A stretch of 64,000 nucleotides of DNA from an uncultured Chloroflexia bacterium (GCA_963841545.1 CAWJDE010000002.1:122875-186874); one strand, 5' to 3'; counted from the stretch's first letter, positions 26,559 through 35,505 are shown. A program made the numbers and translations. The notes: generated by a model from the sequence alone, not told the origin.

Positions 26559-27104
26559 TCAGTCGGACGAGTCCGTCCCGTCCTGCACGATCGCGGTCAG
26601 CGTGCCGGCGACGATCGGATCGGCGAACCGGACGATGAGCACACGGTCGAAGGCGACTGCGTCGCCCGGGCACGCGGGCTGGACCAGCATCAGCTGGCGG
26701 TTCTCCGGATCCACGGTGAGGGTGCTGGCGGCGTCGCACGGACCGCCGGTCCAGGTCAGCCGCAGCGTCGACGGATCGTCGTTGGCGACGACCAGCTGGT
26801 AGGGCTCGACCGAGGCACCGTCGCCCGGCACGCCCGACTCGGCGCCGCGCACGACGCCGGCCGGGGCAACCACGTCGATCGTCGCCCGGCTCCCGGTCGC
26901 GTTGGCCAGGGCGACCCGGATCGCCGGTTCCCCGGCGGCGCCGGGTTCGGACGGAGCCACGGATGGCGAGGCGGCCGCCGGCGAGGCCGGAGCGTGGGAG
27001 GCCGTTGCCGGCGTCGGGGAAGCCGTCGAGCAGGCCGCGACCAGCATGACGAGGCCGAGGACCGCGGCGGGAAGAGCGGCGGCCCGCGCGACAGGGTGCT
27101 TCAC
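26559..27104 (-). CDS. Lipoprotein of unknown function
   Basis: GTG start 6 nt after AAGGAG. Signal peptide with lipobox VKHPVARAAALPAAVLGLVMLVAAC|S, then a Pro/Ala/Ser linker and a small beta-rich domain with two Cys. Confidence 0.7.
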   Translation of the reverse strand: MKHPVARAAALPAAVLGLVMLVAACSTASPTPATASHAPASPAAASPSVAPSEPGAAGEPAIRVALANATGSRATIDVVAPAGVVRGAESGVPGDGASVEPYQLVVANDDPSTLRLTWTGGPCDAASTLTVDPENRQLMLVQPACPGDAVAFDRVLIVRFADPIVAGTLTAIVQDGTDSSD

Positions 27105-27550
27105 GTTGAGCTCCTTATGGTTCACAGGTGGGCGCCCCCGGCACCGGCACAAGGTCCGGCGTCGGGTGGTCGCCCGGTGTCCCCGGGAGCGTGACCGGGG
27201 CCGACGCGGCGCTCATCGGAGCTGGCCCGGAAAGCGGTTCAGGGCTGGCACGAGTGGATCGGTCGGCCGTCTGCGCCTCGCGGCGTGTTACCAGCCCGGT
27301 CCGCCGATCCGGCCGCCGGCTCCAGCCTCCGCGGGCTTTCGGACCGGGGGCCGCCCTCGACGGCCGGCTCGAGGTCCGCAGCCCGGCCGGCCAGGTTCGC
27401 GTCCGCCGCGACGTCGACCCCGATGTGCGTCGATTGGGGCTAGCCCTGAGGCAGGATGCGTGGCCTCCCCCGATGCCGGCCGAGGCACGCGCGACGACCC
27501 TTGGATGCACGAAAGCGGTTCACCGACCAGCACAGACAAGGGAGCGTCCC

Positions 27551-28717
27551 ATGCAGTTGATCCGGAACCTCACCCGGCGCAGGCTGCGCACGGGTCTCAC
27601 CGTGACCGGCATCACGATCGGCATCTGGGCCCTCGTGGTGTTCAGCGCGATGGCCAACAAGGTCGATGCGCTGGTCAGCGGCGGCAGCGCCTACTACGCG
27701 GGCAAGATCGTGGTCACCGTCGGCGGCTTCGGTGGCCTCGGCGGCCAGCCGCTCCCGCTCGACGCCATCGACCAGGTGCGCGCGATCGACGGCGTCGATG
27801 TCGTCGTGCCCGCGAGCACGGGGCTGGCTGCCGAGATGGGCGCCGTCACCTTCGGGCCGCCCGACCAGGTGTTCGCGGCGCCGGCCGGAGCCGACCAGGG
27901 TCGCGAGACGTTCAATCCGGCGCTGGTCGCCGGCCGCCGGCTGACGACCGACGACGAGGGTCACGATATCGCGGTCCTCGGCTCGTCGATCGCCGAGAAG
28001 CGCCATGCGAGCGTGGGCGACACCATCACCCTCCACGGCCGGCCGTTCGAGGTCGTGGGGATCCTCGAGCCCACCCTCACGGCTCCCGACGTCACCGTCT
28101 ACGTGCCGTTCACCACCGGCCAGCAGCTGGCCTACGAAGACCTGCCCCAGGTCCTGCGCGACAAGGTCCGCGCCGGGGACCTGGCCACGGAGTTCATCGT
28201 CTATCCGACGGCGGGTGCCGACGAGCGATCCATCGCGGACGCGATCGAAGCCGCCCTGCCCGACGTCACCGCCATGACGGGCGACGCCTACAACGCCTCC
28301 GTCGGCAGCTCGGTCTCGATCTTCAACTCGATCATCATCGGCATCGGCCTCGTGAGCCTGATCGTCGGCGGCCTGTCGGTCATCAATACCATGGCGATGT
28401 CGGTTGCCGAGCGCACCCGAGAGATCGGGATCAAGCGCGCGATCGGCGCCAGCCGTCGCCGGATCATCCGCGAGCTGATGCTCGAGGCCGGCGTGATCGG
28501 CGCCATCGGCGGCACCCTCGGCGTCACCTTCGGTGCGCTGGTCGTGGTCCTCGTCAACGAGGCCACCCGATCCTCCGGGACGGTCCTGTTCCAGATGACG
28601 GTCGGGACGGCCCTGTTCGCCTTCACCTTCTCCACGGTCCTGGGCGTGATCGCCGGGATCGTCCCCGCCTGGAGCGCGGCCCGGCTCGATCCGGTCACCG
28701 CCCTCCGCTACGAATAG
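27551..28717 (+). CDS. MacB/FtsX-type ABC transporter permease
   Basis: MQLIRNLTRRRLRTGLTVTGITIGIWALVVF, a large periplasmic loop, then the FtsX region REIGIKRAIGASRRRIIRELMLEAGVIG and the C-terminal PAWSAARLDPVTALRYE. Confidence 0.85.
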   Translation: MQLIRNLTRRRLRTGLTVTGITIGIWALVVFSAMANKVDALVSGGSAYYAGKIVVTVGGFGGLGGQPLPLDAIDQVRAIDGVDVVVPASTGLAAEMGAVTFGPPDQVFAAPAGADQGRETFNPALVAGRRLTTDDEGHDIAVLGSSIAEKRHASVGDTITLHGRPFEVVGILEPTLTAPDVTVYVPFTTGQQLAYEDLPQVLRDKVRAGDLATEFIVYPTAGADERSIADAIEAALPDVTAMTGDAYNASVGSSVSIFNSIIIGIGLVSLIVGGLSVINTMAMSVAERTREIGIKRAIGASRRRIIRELMLEAGVIGAIGGTLGVTFGALVVVLVNEATRSSGTVLFQMTVGTALFAFTFSTVLGVIAGIVPAWSAARLDPVTALRYE

Positions 28718-28727
28718 GAGGTCCGTC

Positions 28728-29447
28728 GTGGCGATCCTCGAAGCGCATGACCTGCGCAAGACCTACCGCCTGTCGAAGACGAACCGGGTCGAAGCCCTGC
28801 GCGGCGTCGACGTGACGATCGAGGACGGCGAGATGGTCGCGATCATGGGCCCGTCGGGGTCCGGCAAGTCCACCCTGATGCACGTGCTCGGCCTGCTCCA
28901 CGCGCCCGATCGCGGCGACGGGCCGGCCCCGGAGCTCCGGTTCGACGGGCGCTCGATGACCGAGCTCTCGGACAGCGACCGGACGCGCGTCCGGGCGACC
29001 GAGATGGGGTTCGTGTTCCAGTCGTTCAACCTCATCCCGACGCTGTCGGCGATCGAGAACGTCCTCCTGGCCGCCGACTATGCGGGCACCCCCCGCTCGA
29101 CGGCCCGGCCGGCGGCGCTCGAGGCGCTGGCGCTGGTGGGGCTGGCGGACCGGGCGGACCACCGGCCGTCCGAGCTGTCGGGTGGCGAGCAGCAGCGGGT
29201 CGCGATCGCGCGGGCGCTGATCAACCGCCCGCGCCTGGTCCTGGGTGACGAGCCCACCGGCAACCTCGACAGCCACCGCACCACCGAGGTGCTGGCGCTG
29301 CTCCGTCGCCTCAACCGCGAGGCCGGGCAGACGTTCGTGATCGTGACCCACGATCCGCGCGTGGGCGAGGCGTGCGACCGGGTCATCCGGATGCAGGACG
29401 GTCACGTGCTCGACGACGGCCTGGGTGCCATTGCCGCAGTCGCCTGA
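28728..29447 (+). CDS. ABC transporter ATP-binding protein (MacB/LolD-like)
   Basis: Walker [11 protein letters not shown]-loop, signature [15 protein letters not shown], Walker [13 protein letters not shown]. Confidence 0.9.
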   Translation: MAILEAHDLRKTYRLSKTNRVEALRGVDVTIEDGEMVAIMGPSGSGKSTLMHVLGLLHAPDRGDGPAPELRFDGRSMTELSDSDRTRVRATEMGFVFQSFNLIPTLSAIENVLLAADYAGTPRSTARPAALEALALVGLADRADHRPSELSGGEQQRVAIARALINRPRLVLGDEPTGNLDSHRTTEVLALLRRLNREAGQTFVIVTHDPRVGEACDRVIRMQDGHVLDDGLGAIAAVA

Positions 29448-29478
29448 CCTTCCCCGCGTCCGTCTCGCGTCCCCTCCG

Positions 29479-29503
29479 GGCGCCCGGCCTCCGGCCGGGC
29501 GCC
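29479..29503. terminator. Hairpin between convergent ABC ATPase and LAL genes
   Basis: GGCGCCCGGCC-tcc-GGCCGGGCGCC, a perfect 11-bp inverted repeat in the 77-nt gap. Confidence 0.5.
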
Positions 29504-29524
29504 TGCTGCTGCCACCCGCAGGCG

Positions 29525-32500
29525 TCAGACCTCCTCCGCGTGCTCGTGCTCGACGATCCCCAGGCGATAGGCCATCGCGGCGGCCTCGCCCCGGCCGGCC
29601 ACCCCGAGCTTGCCCAGGATGTTCGACACGTGGACGCCGGCCGTGTTCTGGCTGATGAACAGCTCTCCGGCGATCTGGCGGTTGGTCCGCCCGAGCGCGA
29701 TCAGCGCGAGCACCTCGCGCTCGCGGACGGTCAGCCCGAGGTCGGCGGCGGGATCGAATGCCGGTTCAGCGGCGTCCGCAGCCTGACCCTCGTCCTCGAG
29801 CGGGAGCCTGGCCCGCGCCGCCAGCGCCGTGATCTCCCCGGCGAGCGGCCGCGCTCCCAGCGTTCGCGCGATCTCGAGCGCGGCACGCAGCGAGCGCTCG
29901 ACGAGCCGCCGCTCGCCCCGTGCGGCCAGGCGCGCCTCCGCCTCGCGCCACCAGGCGTACGCGAGGGGGTACGGCAGCCCGAGGTCCTGCCACGCCCTCG
30001 CGGCAGCTTCCCAGGCGGCCGGGTCCGGCTGGTGGTGGAGGCGCGTCGCCTCGGCCTCGCACAGGCGCAGCCACGCCACGGAGCGCGCCTCGAACACCGG
30101 CCGCTGGGCGACGACGTCGGCGTGCCGGCGCGCGATGGCATCCAGCAGCGACGCCCCTGCCTCGACGGCGCGTCGCTCTTCGTCGGGCGCCCGCCGGGCG
30201 ATCGCCAGGTCGGCCATGTCCGCGGCGGCTCGCAGCCCGAGCGCGTACAGCTCGCCGATCCGGACCTCGGGCGTGAAGTCGATCCTGGGGATGGCGGCGA
30301 GCAGCTGGTCGAGCGCGGCCTCGGGCCGGCCCTGCCACAGGGCAAGCTCGGCAAGGCTCGCCTGGACCGGGTTGACGAACTGGATGTCGGCGGCGCGCTC
30401 GGCGAGCGGCGCCAGCGGGTGCAGACGCCGGCCGGCGTCCTCCAGCCGGCCGCGGCACAGCGCCAGGCGCCCCAGCAGCTCCTGCTCGAGGATCGCGTTG
30501 ATACCGATCGAGCCCACCGACTCGGCGCGACGGACGGCCCGGTCGCTCTCGTCCCAGCGGCCGAGCCGGAACAGGTAGTCGGCCTCGCCGCACAGCAGGT
30601 GCGCGCCGAAGAAGCGGATCAGGCCCAGCCGCTCGGCGACCTCGATCCCGACCCTGGCGGCCGTGACCGCCTCCTCGAGCCGCCCGGCAATGTCGAGGAG
30701 CCAGGTCAGGTTGGCGTAGGCCCGCCCGATGTCGTCGACGATGCCCACCTCCTCCGAGATCGCGAGGGCGGCCCGCATGTCGTCCAACCCACCGTCCAGA
30801 TCGCCCTCGATGCTGCGGCTCATCCCGCGCGTGTTGCGGGCATGACCCTCGATGTCGCGGGCACCCACCGCGCACGCCAGCGTCAGGGCCTCCTCGGCGA
30901 GCACCTTCGCCTCGGCGAACCGCCCGCCGAGGGTGAGGATCTGGGCCAGCCCGGCGACCGCGCGAGCACGCGCCTCCGACGGTGGCTCGGAGGGGATGAG
31001 GCGCATCGCCGTCTGGTACGCCTCGTTGGCCACGTCGCCCTGGCCGGCGATCCACGCATAGCGTCCGAGGCGCTCGTTGAGCAGGCCCCGGCGGACCGGG
31101 TCGCGTTGCTCGTCGACCAGCCGGATCGCCGCCTGGATGTGCGCCACGGCGCGGGCCGGCTCGTTGAAGCGGGCGACCCCGGCCAGGACGGCCAGGACGT
31201 CGATCCGGTCGCGGCCGGCTCGGGCCTCCGCATCGGGCACCTGGTCCCACAGGTCGACCGCTCGCTCGTACTGCGCGACGGCCTCGGGGAAGGCGTAGGA
31301 CGCCTCGGCGGCCACGCCCGCGGCGACGCTCCACGCCAGCGCGCAGGGCAGGTTGCTCGCGCGGTGCCAGTGGTAGGCGAGCTCGGCGGCGGAGGACGTG
31401 CCATCCCCGCAGCAGGCCTCCAGCGTCCGCGCGAAGGCCGAGTGCAGCCGCGTCCGCTCGCCCGGAAGGAGGTCGTCGTAGATCGCCTCCTGGACCAGCG
31501 CATGGCGGAACGCGTAGCGCTCCACGCCGGCGGTCTCGTCCGGGACGAGCACCTGGCGGCTGACGGCCTCGCGGAGCGCGTCGTACAGGGTGGTCTCGTC
31601 GATCGACGTCGTGGTGGCGAGCAGGACCGGGTCGACCCGCCAGCCCGCCGCGGATGCCACCCGCAGCACCTCCTGGGTCGGCTCGGCGAGCTCGGCGATG
31701 CGGGCCAGCAACGCGTCGCGCAGCGTGGCCGGCAGCTCGGTGCGACCGTCGTCGCCGGCGGCCATCAGCAGCTCCTCCGCGAAGAAGGCGTTGCCACCGG
31801 AGCGGGCGTGGATGGAGTCCACGAGGTCTGGGTCCAGGTCGTGGCCGGCGATGGCCCGGAGCTGCTCGGCCGATTCCCGGCGATCGAACGGCGCCAGCTC
31901 CAGCCGTTCGACGAGCCCACTGCGGCCCAGCTCGGCGAGGAACGGCAGCAGCGGGTGCCGCCGGTGGAGCTCGTCCGAGCGGTAGGTCAGCACGAGGACG
32001 ACGGCCGCGTCACGCAGGTTGCGGACGAGGAACCCGAGCAGGTCGCGCGTCGATCGATCGGACCAGTGGAGATCCTCGACGATCAGCACCACCGGCGCAC
32101 GCGCGGCCAGGCGGTCGATGACACCGAGGAACAGCTCGAACAGCCGGGCCTGCGCCCAGTCGATGCTGGGCCCGGGCTCCGCGGCACCGACCACCGGTCC
32201 GAGGTCCGGCACCAGGCGGGCCAGCTCCGACCGCCCGGCCCCGAGCAGAGCGTCCAGGTCCGCGGGTTGCATCGTCCGGGCCAGCCCACGCAGCGCTTCC
32301 ACGAAGGGCCCGTACGGCAGCGAGCCATCACCCATGGCCACGCAGCCGCCGAGGAGCACGGTCGCACCTTCGGCGGCGGCGAGCCGGCTGAGCTCGCCGA
32401 CGAGCCGGGTCTTGCCCACACCTGCCTCGCCTCCGACGAGGATGGTGCTCGCCCGCGCGATGCCGCCCCCCGGCGCCGCGTCTGGGCGCGGCACCTGGGC

Positions 32501-32602
32501 ACGGCGAAGCGACGCGAGAAGCCGGTCGAGCTCGCTCGACCGGCCGACGAGCACGGGGCTCGAGACGCGGGCTGCCATGGCGGGGATTATGGGGGTGGTC
32601 AT
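29525..32602 (-). CDS. LAL-type regulator (AAA/STAND ATPase + TPR-like repeats + LuxR HTH), paralog of 5946..9065
   Basis: Walker A GEAGVGKT and Walker B VLIVEDLHWSD. C-terminal LTVREREVLALIALGRTNRQIAGELFISQNTAGVHVSNILGKLGV. Confidence 0.85.
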   Translation of the reverse strand: MTTPIIPAMAARVSSPVLVGRSSELDRLLASLRRAQVPRPDAAPGGGIARASTILVGGEAGVGKTRLVGELSRLAAAEGATVLLGGCVAMGDGSLPYGPFVEALRGLARTMQPADLDALLGAGRSELARLVPDLGPVVGAAEPGPSIDWAQARLFELFLGVIDRLAARAPVVLIVEDLHWSDRSTRDLLGFLVRNLRDAAVVLVLTYRSDELHRRHPLLPFLAELGRSGLVERLELAPFDRRESAEQLRAIAGHDLDPDLVDSIHARSGGNAFFAEELLMAAGDDGRTELPATLRDALLARIAELAEPTQEVLRVASAAGWRVDPVLLATTTSIDETTLYDALREAVSRQVLVPDETAGVERYAFRHALVQEAIYDDLLPGERTRLHSAFARTLEACCGDGTSSAAELAYHWHRASNLPCALAWSVAAGVAAEASYAFPEAVAQYERAVDLWDQVPDAEARAGRDRIDVLAVLAGVARFNEPARAVAHIQAAIRLVDEQRDPVRRGLLNERLGRYAWIAGQGDVANEAYQTAMRLIPSEPPSEARARAVAGLAQILTLGGRFAEAKVLAEEALTLACAVGARDIEGHARNTRGMSRSIEGDLDGGLDDMRAALAISEEVGIVDDIGRAYANLTWLLDIAGRLEEAVTAARVGIEVAERLGLIRFFGAHLLCGEADYLFRLGRWDESDRAVRRAESVGSIGINAILEQELLGRLALCRGRLEDAGRRLHPLAPLAERAADIQFVNPVQASLAELALWQGRPEAALDQLLAAIPRIDFTPEVRIGELYALGLRAAADMADLAIARRAPDEERRAVEAGASLLDAIARRHADVVAQRPVFEARSVAWLRLCEAEATRLHHQPDPAAWEAAARAWQDLGLPYPLAYAWWREAEARLAARGERRLVERSLRAALEIARTLGARPLAGEITALAARARLPLEDEGQAADAAEPAFDPAADLGLTVREREVLALIALGRTNRQIAGELFISQNTAGVHVSNILGKLGVAGRGEAAAMAYRLGIVEHEHAEEV

Positions 32603-32695
32603 CGATCGCGCCAGGGGTGATCCGCGGCCGGCGGCCGGGCATCACGGGTCGTCGCCGCCGGGATCACGGCAGGCCGGAGGGGGGTCGGCGTCGGA

Positions 32696-32812
32696 TCAGG
32701 CGCCGTCGCGCGAGGCACGATCGCCGGCGTACCGATCACGTGAATCCGCGCCGTAGGCGTTCGAGACGACGCCCAGCGTCGCCAGGAACGTCACCGCGAC
32801 CACGAGCAGCAT
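32696..32812 (-). CDS. Possible 38-aa membrane mini-protein coupled to small protein B
   Basis: MLLVVAVTFLATLGVVSNAYGADSRDRYAGDRASRDGA. Its ATG shares one base with the stop of the upstream ORF (TGATG). Too short for the ORF track; translated by hand. Confidence 0.3.
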   Translation of the reverse strand: MLLVVAVTFLATLGVVSNAYGADSRDRYAGDRASRDGA

Positions 32813-33048
32813 CAGGCCGTCCACGGCGCACCTCCGTCAGGGCATCGGAACGCGGCGACCGCGCCGGCCAGCGCACGACCGAGCCACTCGAGACCGAGCA
32901 GCTGGGTGCGCCGAGATCCGGAGACCCGCGACCCGCGCGCGGCTGCCCGGGCCGCCCGGGCCTCGCGGACCAGGTGCTCGTGGGCTGCCTCCCGGGCCCG
33001 CTCGCGGCGGTGTTCCTCGGCGATCAGTTCCATCTGGTAGCTGTGCAT
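32812..33048 (-). CDS. Small protein B (78 aa), paralog of 26124..26345
   Basis: MHSYQMELIAEEHRRERAREAAHEHLVREARAARAA... followed by an amphipathic LLGLEWLGRALAGAVAAF segment. Same first 18 nt as copy A. Confidence 0.5.
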   Translation of the reverse strand: MHSYQMELIAEEHRRERAREAAHEHLVREARAARAAARGSRVSGSRRTQLLGLEWLGRALAGAVAAFRCPDGGAPWTA

Positions 33049-33099
33049 CTCGTCCTGCCTTCTGCCGCTTGACCTGCCTTCTGGCGCCTGGCGGCTTCA

Positions 33100-33163
33100 C
33101 TGGTACGAGCTACAGCCTCGCGGTAACGAGCGGTGGCGCACATCACGAGGACTCGTTATTCGG
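33100..33163 (-). promoter_or_regulatory. Conserved 64-nt block upstream of small protein B (copy B)
   Basis: Counterpart of 26376..26439. Lies 51 nt upstream of the ATG. Confidence 0.5.
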
Positions 33164-33398
33164 CGCCGGCCCAGCCCATTTGTTTCGGGCGCCCGCGCGC
33201 CCGCAGCCCGGCGCGCCGTGGTCGACCTGGCGGCGACCCGCCCGCTCGCAGCGCCCTTGCCCGCCGCCCGGGCATCGGACAGACTGCGAGGGTGGACCTG
33301 CGTGTTTGGCTGCGGCGTCCGGCCGGTGCTCCGGCCCGGTGGCGATGCCCGGACGTCGATCCGGATCGCGTCCCCGGCGCGGGCGAGCGGGCGCGGCC

Positions 33399-34916
33399 AT
33401 GAGCGTGGTCGGGGTGGGCTCCTGGATCGAGCGTCGCGCCCGGATGGCGCCCGATCATCCGGCCATCATCACCGCGACCCGTAGCCTGACCTATGCGCAG
33501 CTGGCGAGCCGGATCCGACGGCTGGCGAACGGCCTGCGGCAGCTCGGGGTCAGGCGCGGGGATCGCGTTGCCTGGATCGGACCCAACGACCCGGCGTTCC
33601 TCGAATGCCTGTTCGCGACGGGCCTCGCCGGAGCCGTGCTGGCGCCCGTGAACCACCGGCTGAGCGAGGAGGAGCGCGGCCTCGTCCTCGCGGACACGCA
33701 GCCGGTCATCATCGTCGAGCACCAGCCAATCCCCTCGCCGACGAGCGCGCCGCCCTCGGTCCAGCATCGCGTCACGGTCGGCCCATCGAGCGCCGAGGGC
33801 GTCGACTACGAGCTGCTGATCGCCCGGTCACCCGACATCGTGACGGCCGACACGGCCGACCTTTCCGACCTGCTCCTGCTGCCGCATACCTCGGGCACCA
33901 CCGGGCCGCCGAAGGGCGTCATGCTCACGCATGGCAACGTCACCTGGAACGCGCTCAACTTCCTGACCTCCGCGGACTTCCGTGGCGATGACGTGACCAT
34001 CGCCATCGCTCCGTTCTTCCGGGTGGGCGGCACCGGCGTCAACGTGCTGCCGCTGCTGCTGGCCGGCGGCACGGTCGTCGTGCCCGCGACGGTGGACGCG
34101 GACGTCGTCCTGGCCGAGATCGCCCGGCACCGGGTCACGATCGGCTTCGGGAACCCGGACCTGCTCGATGCGCTTGCCCGGTCCGAGCGATGGCTCACGG
34201 CCGACCTGTCGAGCCTGCGCTTCATCGTGACCGGTGGTGCGCCCGTGCCCGAGCGCCTCCTCCGCGCCTACGTGGCGCGAGGGCTCACGCTGCTCCAGGG
34301 GTACGGCCTCTCGGAAGCCGGGCCGCTGGCGCTGTTGCTCGACCCGGTGAGCGCGCTGGAGCGGATCGGGTCGGCCGGTCGGCCGCCGCTGTTCGTGGAC
34401 GTCCGGATCGTCGATCCCGGCGGTCGCGACGCAGCCCCCGGCCAGACCGGTGAGCTGACCGTTCGTGGCCCCAACGTGATGGCCGGCTACTGGAACCGAC
34501 CCGAGGCGACCGCCGCCGTGCTCACCTCCGATGGCTGGCTGCACACGGGTGACGCCGCGCGGGCCGACGCCGACGGGTTCGTGTGGATCGTCGACCGGCT
34601 GGACGCCGCGTTCGTCACCGAGGGGGGTTCCGTGTACCCGGGCGATGTCGAGCGGGTGCTGCTCACCCATTCGGCGGTGGCGGACGCTGGTGTCGTCGGG
34701 GTTGCCTCCTCGACGGGCCACGAGGTCGGTGTCGCGTTCGTGGTGGTGGAAGCGGCGTCCGCCCCGACCGAAGCCGAGCTCCTCGCGCTCGCCCGCAAGC
34801 ACCTCGATCCCCACGCAGTCCCCCGCTCGGTCCGGTTCCTTGCCGAGCTTCCGCGCAACTCGGTCGGCAAGCTGCGCCGACGGGAGCTGGCGGCGATGGT
34901 GGGGCCGCAGTCCTGA
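33399..34916 (+). CDS. AMP-dependent synthetase/ligase (acyl-CoA synthetase-like)
   Basis: Start MSVVGVGSWIERRARMAPDHPAII. AMP-binding motif LLLPHTSGTTGPPKGVMLTH, then YGLSEAG, TGDAARADADGFVWIVDR, and C-terminal NSVGKLRRREL. Confidence 0.85.
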   Translation: MSVVGVGSWIERRARMAPDHPAIITATRSLTYAQLASRIRRLANGLRQLGVRRGDRVAWIGPNDPAFLECLFATGLAGAVLAPVNHRLSEEERGLVLADTQPVIIVEHQPIPSPTSAPPSVQHRVTVGPSSAEGVDYELLIARSPDIVTADTADLSDLLLLPHTSGTTGPPKGVMLTHGNVTWNALNFLTSADFRGDDVTIAIAPFFRVGGTGVNVLPLLLAGGTVVVPATVDADVVLAEIARHRVTIGFGNPDLLDALARSERWLTADLSSLRFIVTGGAPVPERLLRAYVARGLTLLQGYGLSEAGPLALLLDPVSALERIGSAGRPPLFVDVRIVDPGGRDAAPGQTGELTVRGPNVMAGYWNRPEATAAVLTSDGWLHTGDAARADADGFVWIVDRLDAAFVTEGGSVYPGDVERVLLTHSAVADAGVVGVASSTGHEVGVAFVVVEAASAPTEAELLALARKHLDPHAVPRSVRFLAELPRNSVGKLRRRELAAMVGPQS

Positions 34917-34962
34917 CCAGGGTGCAGGGCGCGGCGCAGCGGTGGTCCGCCGGGTGATCCGA

Positions 34963-35505
34963 TCACCCCTCCGTGCGTCGCGAGGTCAGGTCCGCCACCC
35001 ATTCGCGGAGTCGCCCGAGATGCTCGGCGTAGTGATCCTGCCCCGACTTGCGGATCCACCAGGCCGCCTCGTCGTCCCGCCGGGCAAGCGCGATCCAGTC
35101 CTGGAGCAGCACCGTCCGCGCCGCGTTCGCCTGGACCCAGGCGACCTCCCACGGCTGGCCCGACATGGCCTCGAGGAAGCTGGCGTTGAGCGCATCGACG
35201 TCGACCTCGTGGCCTTCGTAGCTCCCGCCGGCCATGCGCTCCAGCTGCGTCCCGGCCTCGGCCAGCCAGCAGCCCAGATGCGCGACGACGTCCCGGACCG
35301 TCCAGTCGGGGTCGCGCCAGTAGCCGGGCACCAGGCACTCCTCGGGCGTCAGCGATCGTACGAGCGCGATCAGCTCGTACCATCCCAGCCGTTCGGCCTC
35401 GATCTCGGCGGCGTACGGATGATCGGGCGCCGGATCCACCGATGGCACCGGCTCAGGCACCCCGCCGCCCGAGGCTCCAACCTCCGGGCCCCGAGGGCGG
35501 CTCAT
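34963..35505 (-). CDS. DinB-like / maleylpyruvate-isomerase N-terminal-domain protein
   Basis: WTVRDVVAHLGCWLAEAGTQLERM and YAEHLGRLREWV fit the DinB-fold metal-ligand His pattern. The ATG at 35505 overlaps the stop of a 58-codon upstream ORF (ATGA). Confidence 0.65.
   Translation of the reverse strand: MSRPRGPEVGASGGGVPEPVPSVDPAPDHPYAAEIEAERLGWYELIALVRSLTPEECLVPGYWRDPDWTVRDVVAHLGCWLAEAGTQLERMAGGSYEGHEVDVDALNASFLEAMSGQPWEVAWVQANAARTVLLQDWIALARRDDEAAWWIRKSGQDHYAEHLGRLREWVADLTSRRTEG

Noticed and set aside
27128-27550. 141-codon N-terminal extension of the MacB-type permease
   Set aside because: The frame is open, but the extension (…GAPGTGTRSGVGWSPG…RRDVDPDVRR…) is not protein-like. The canonical permease N-terminus MQLIRNLTRRRLRTG begins at 27551 with AAGGGAG upstream.
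29372-32620. 1082-aa ORF on the plus strand
   Set aside because: It is the antisense shadow of the LAL regulator 29525..32602, which has Walker A/B motifs and a LuxR HTH. The plus-frame product has no recognisable features.
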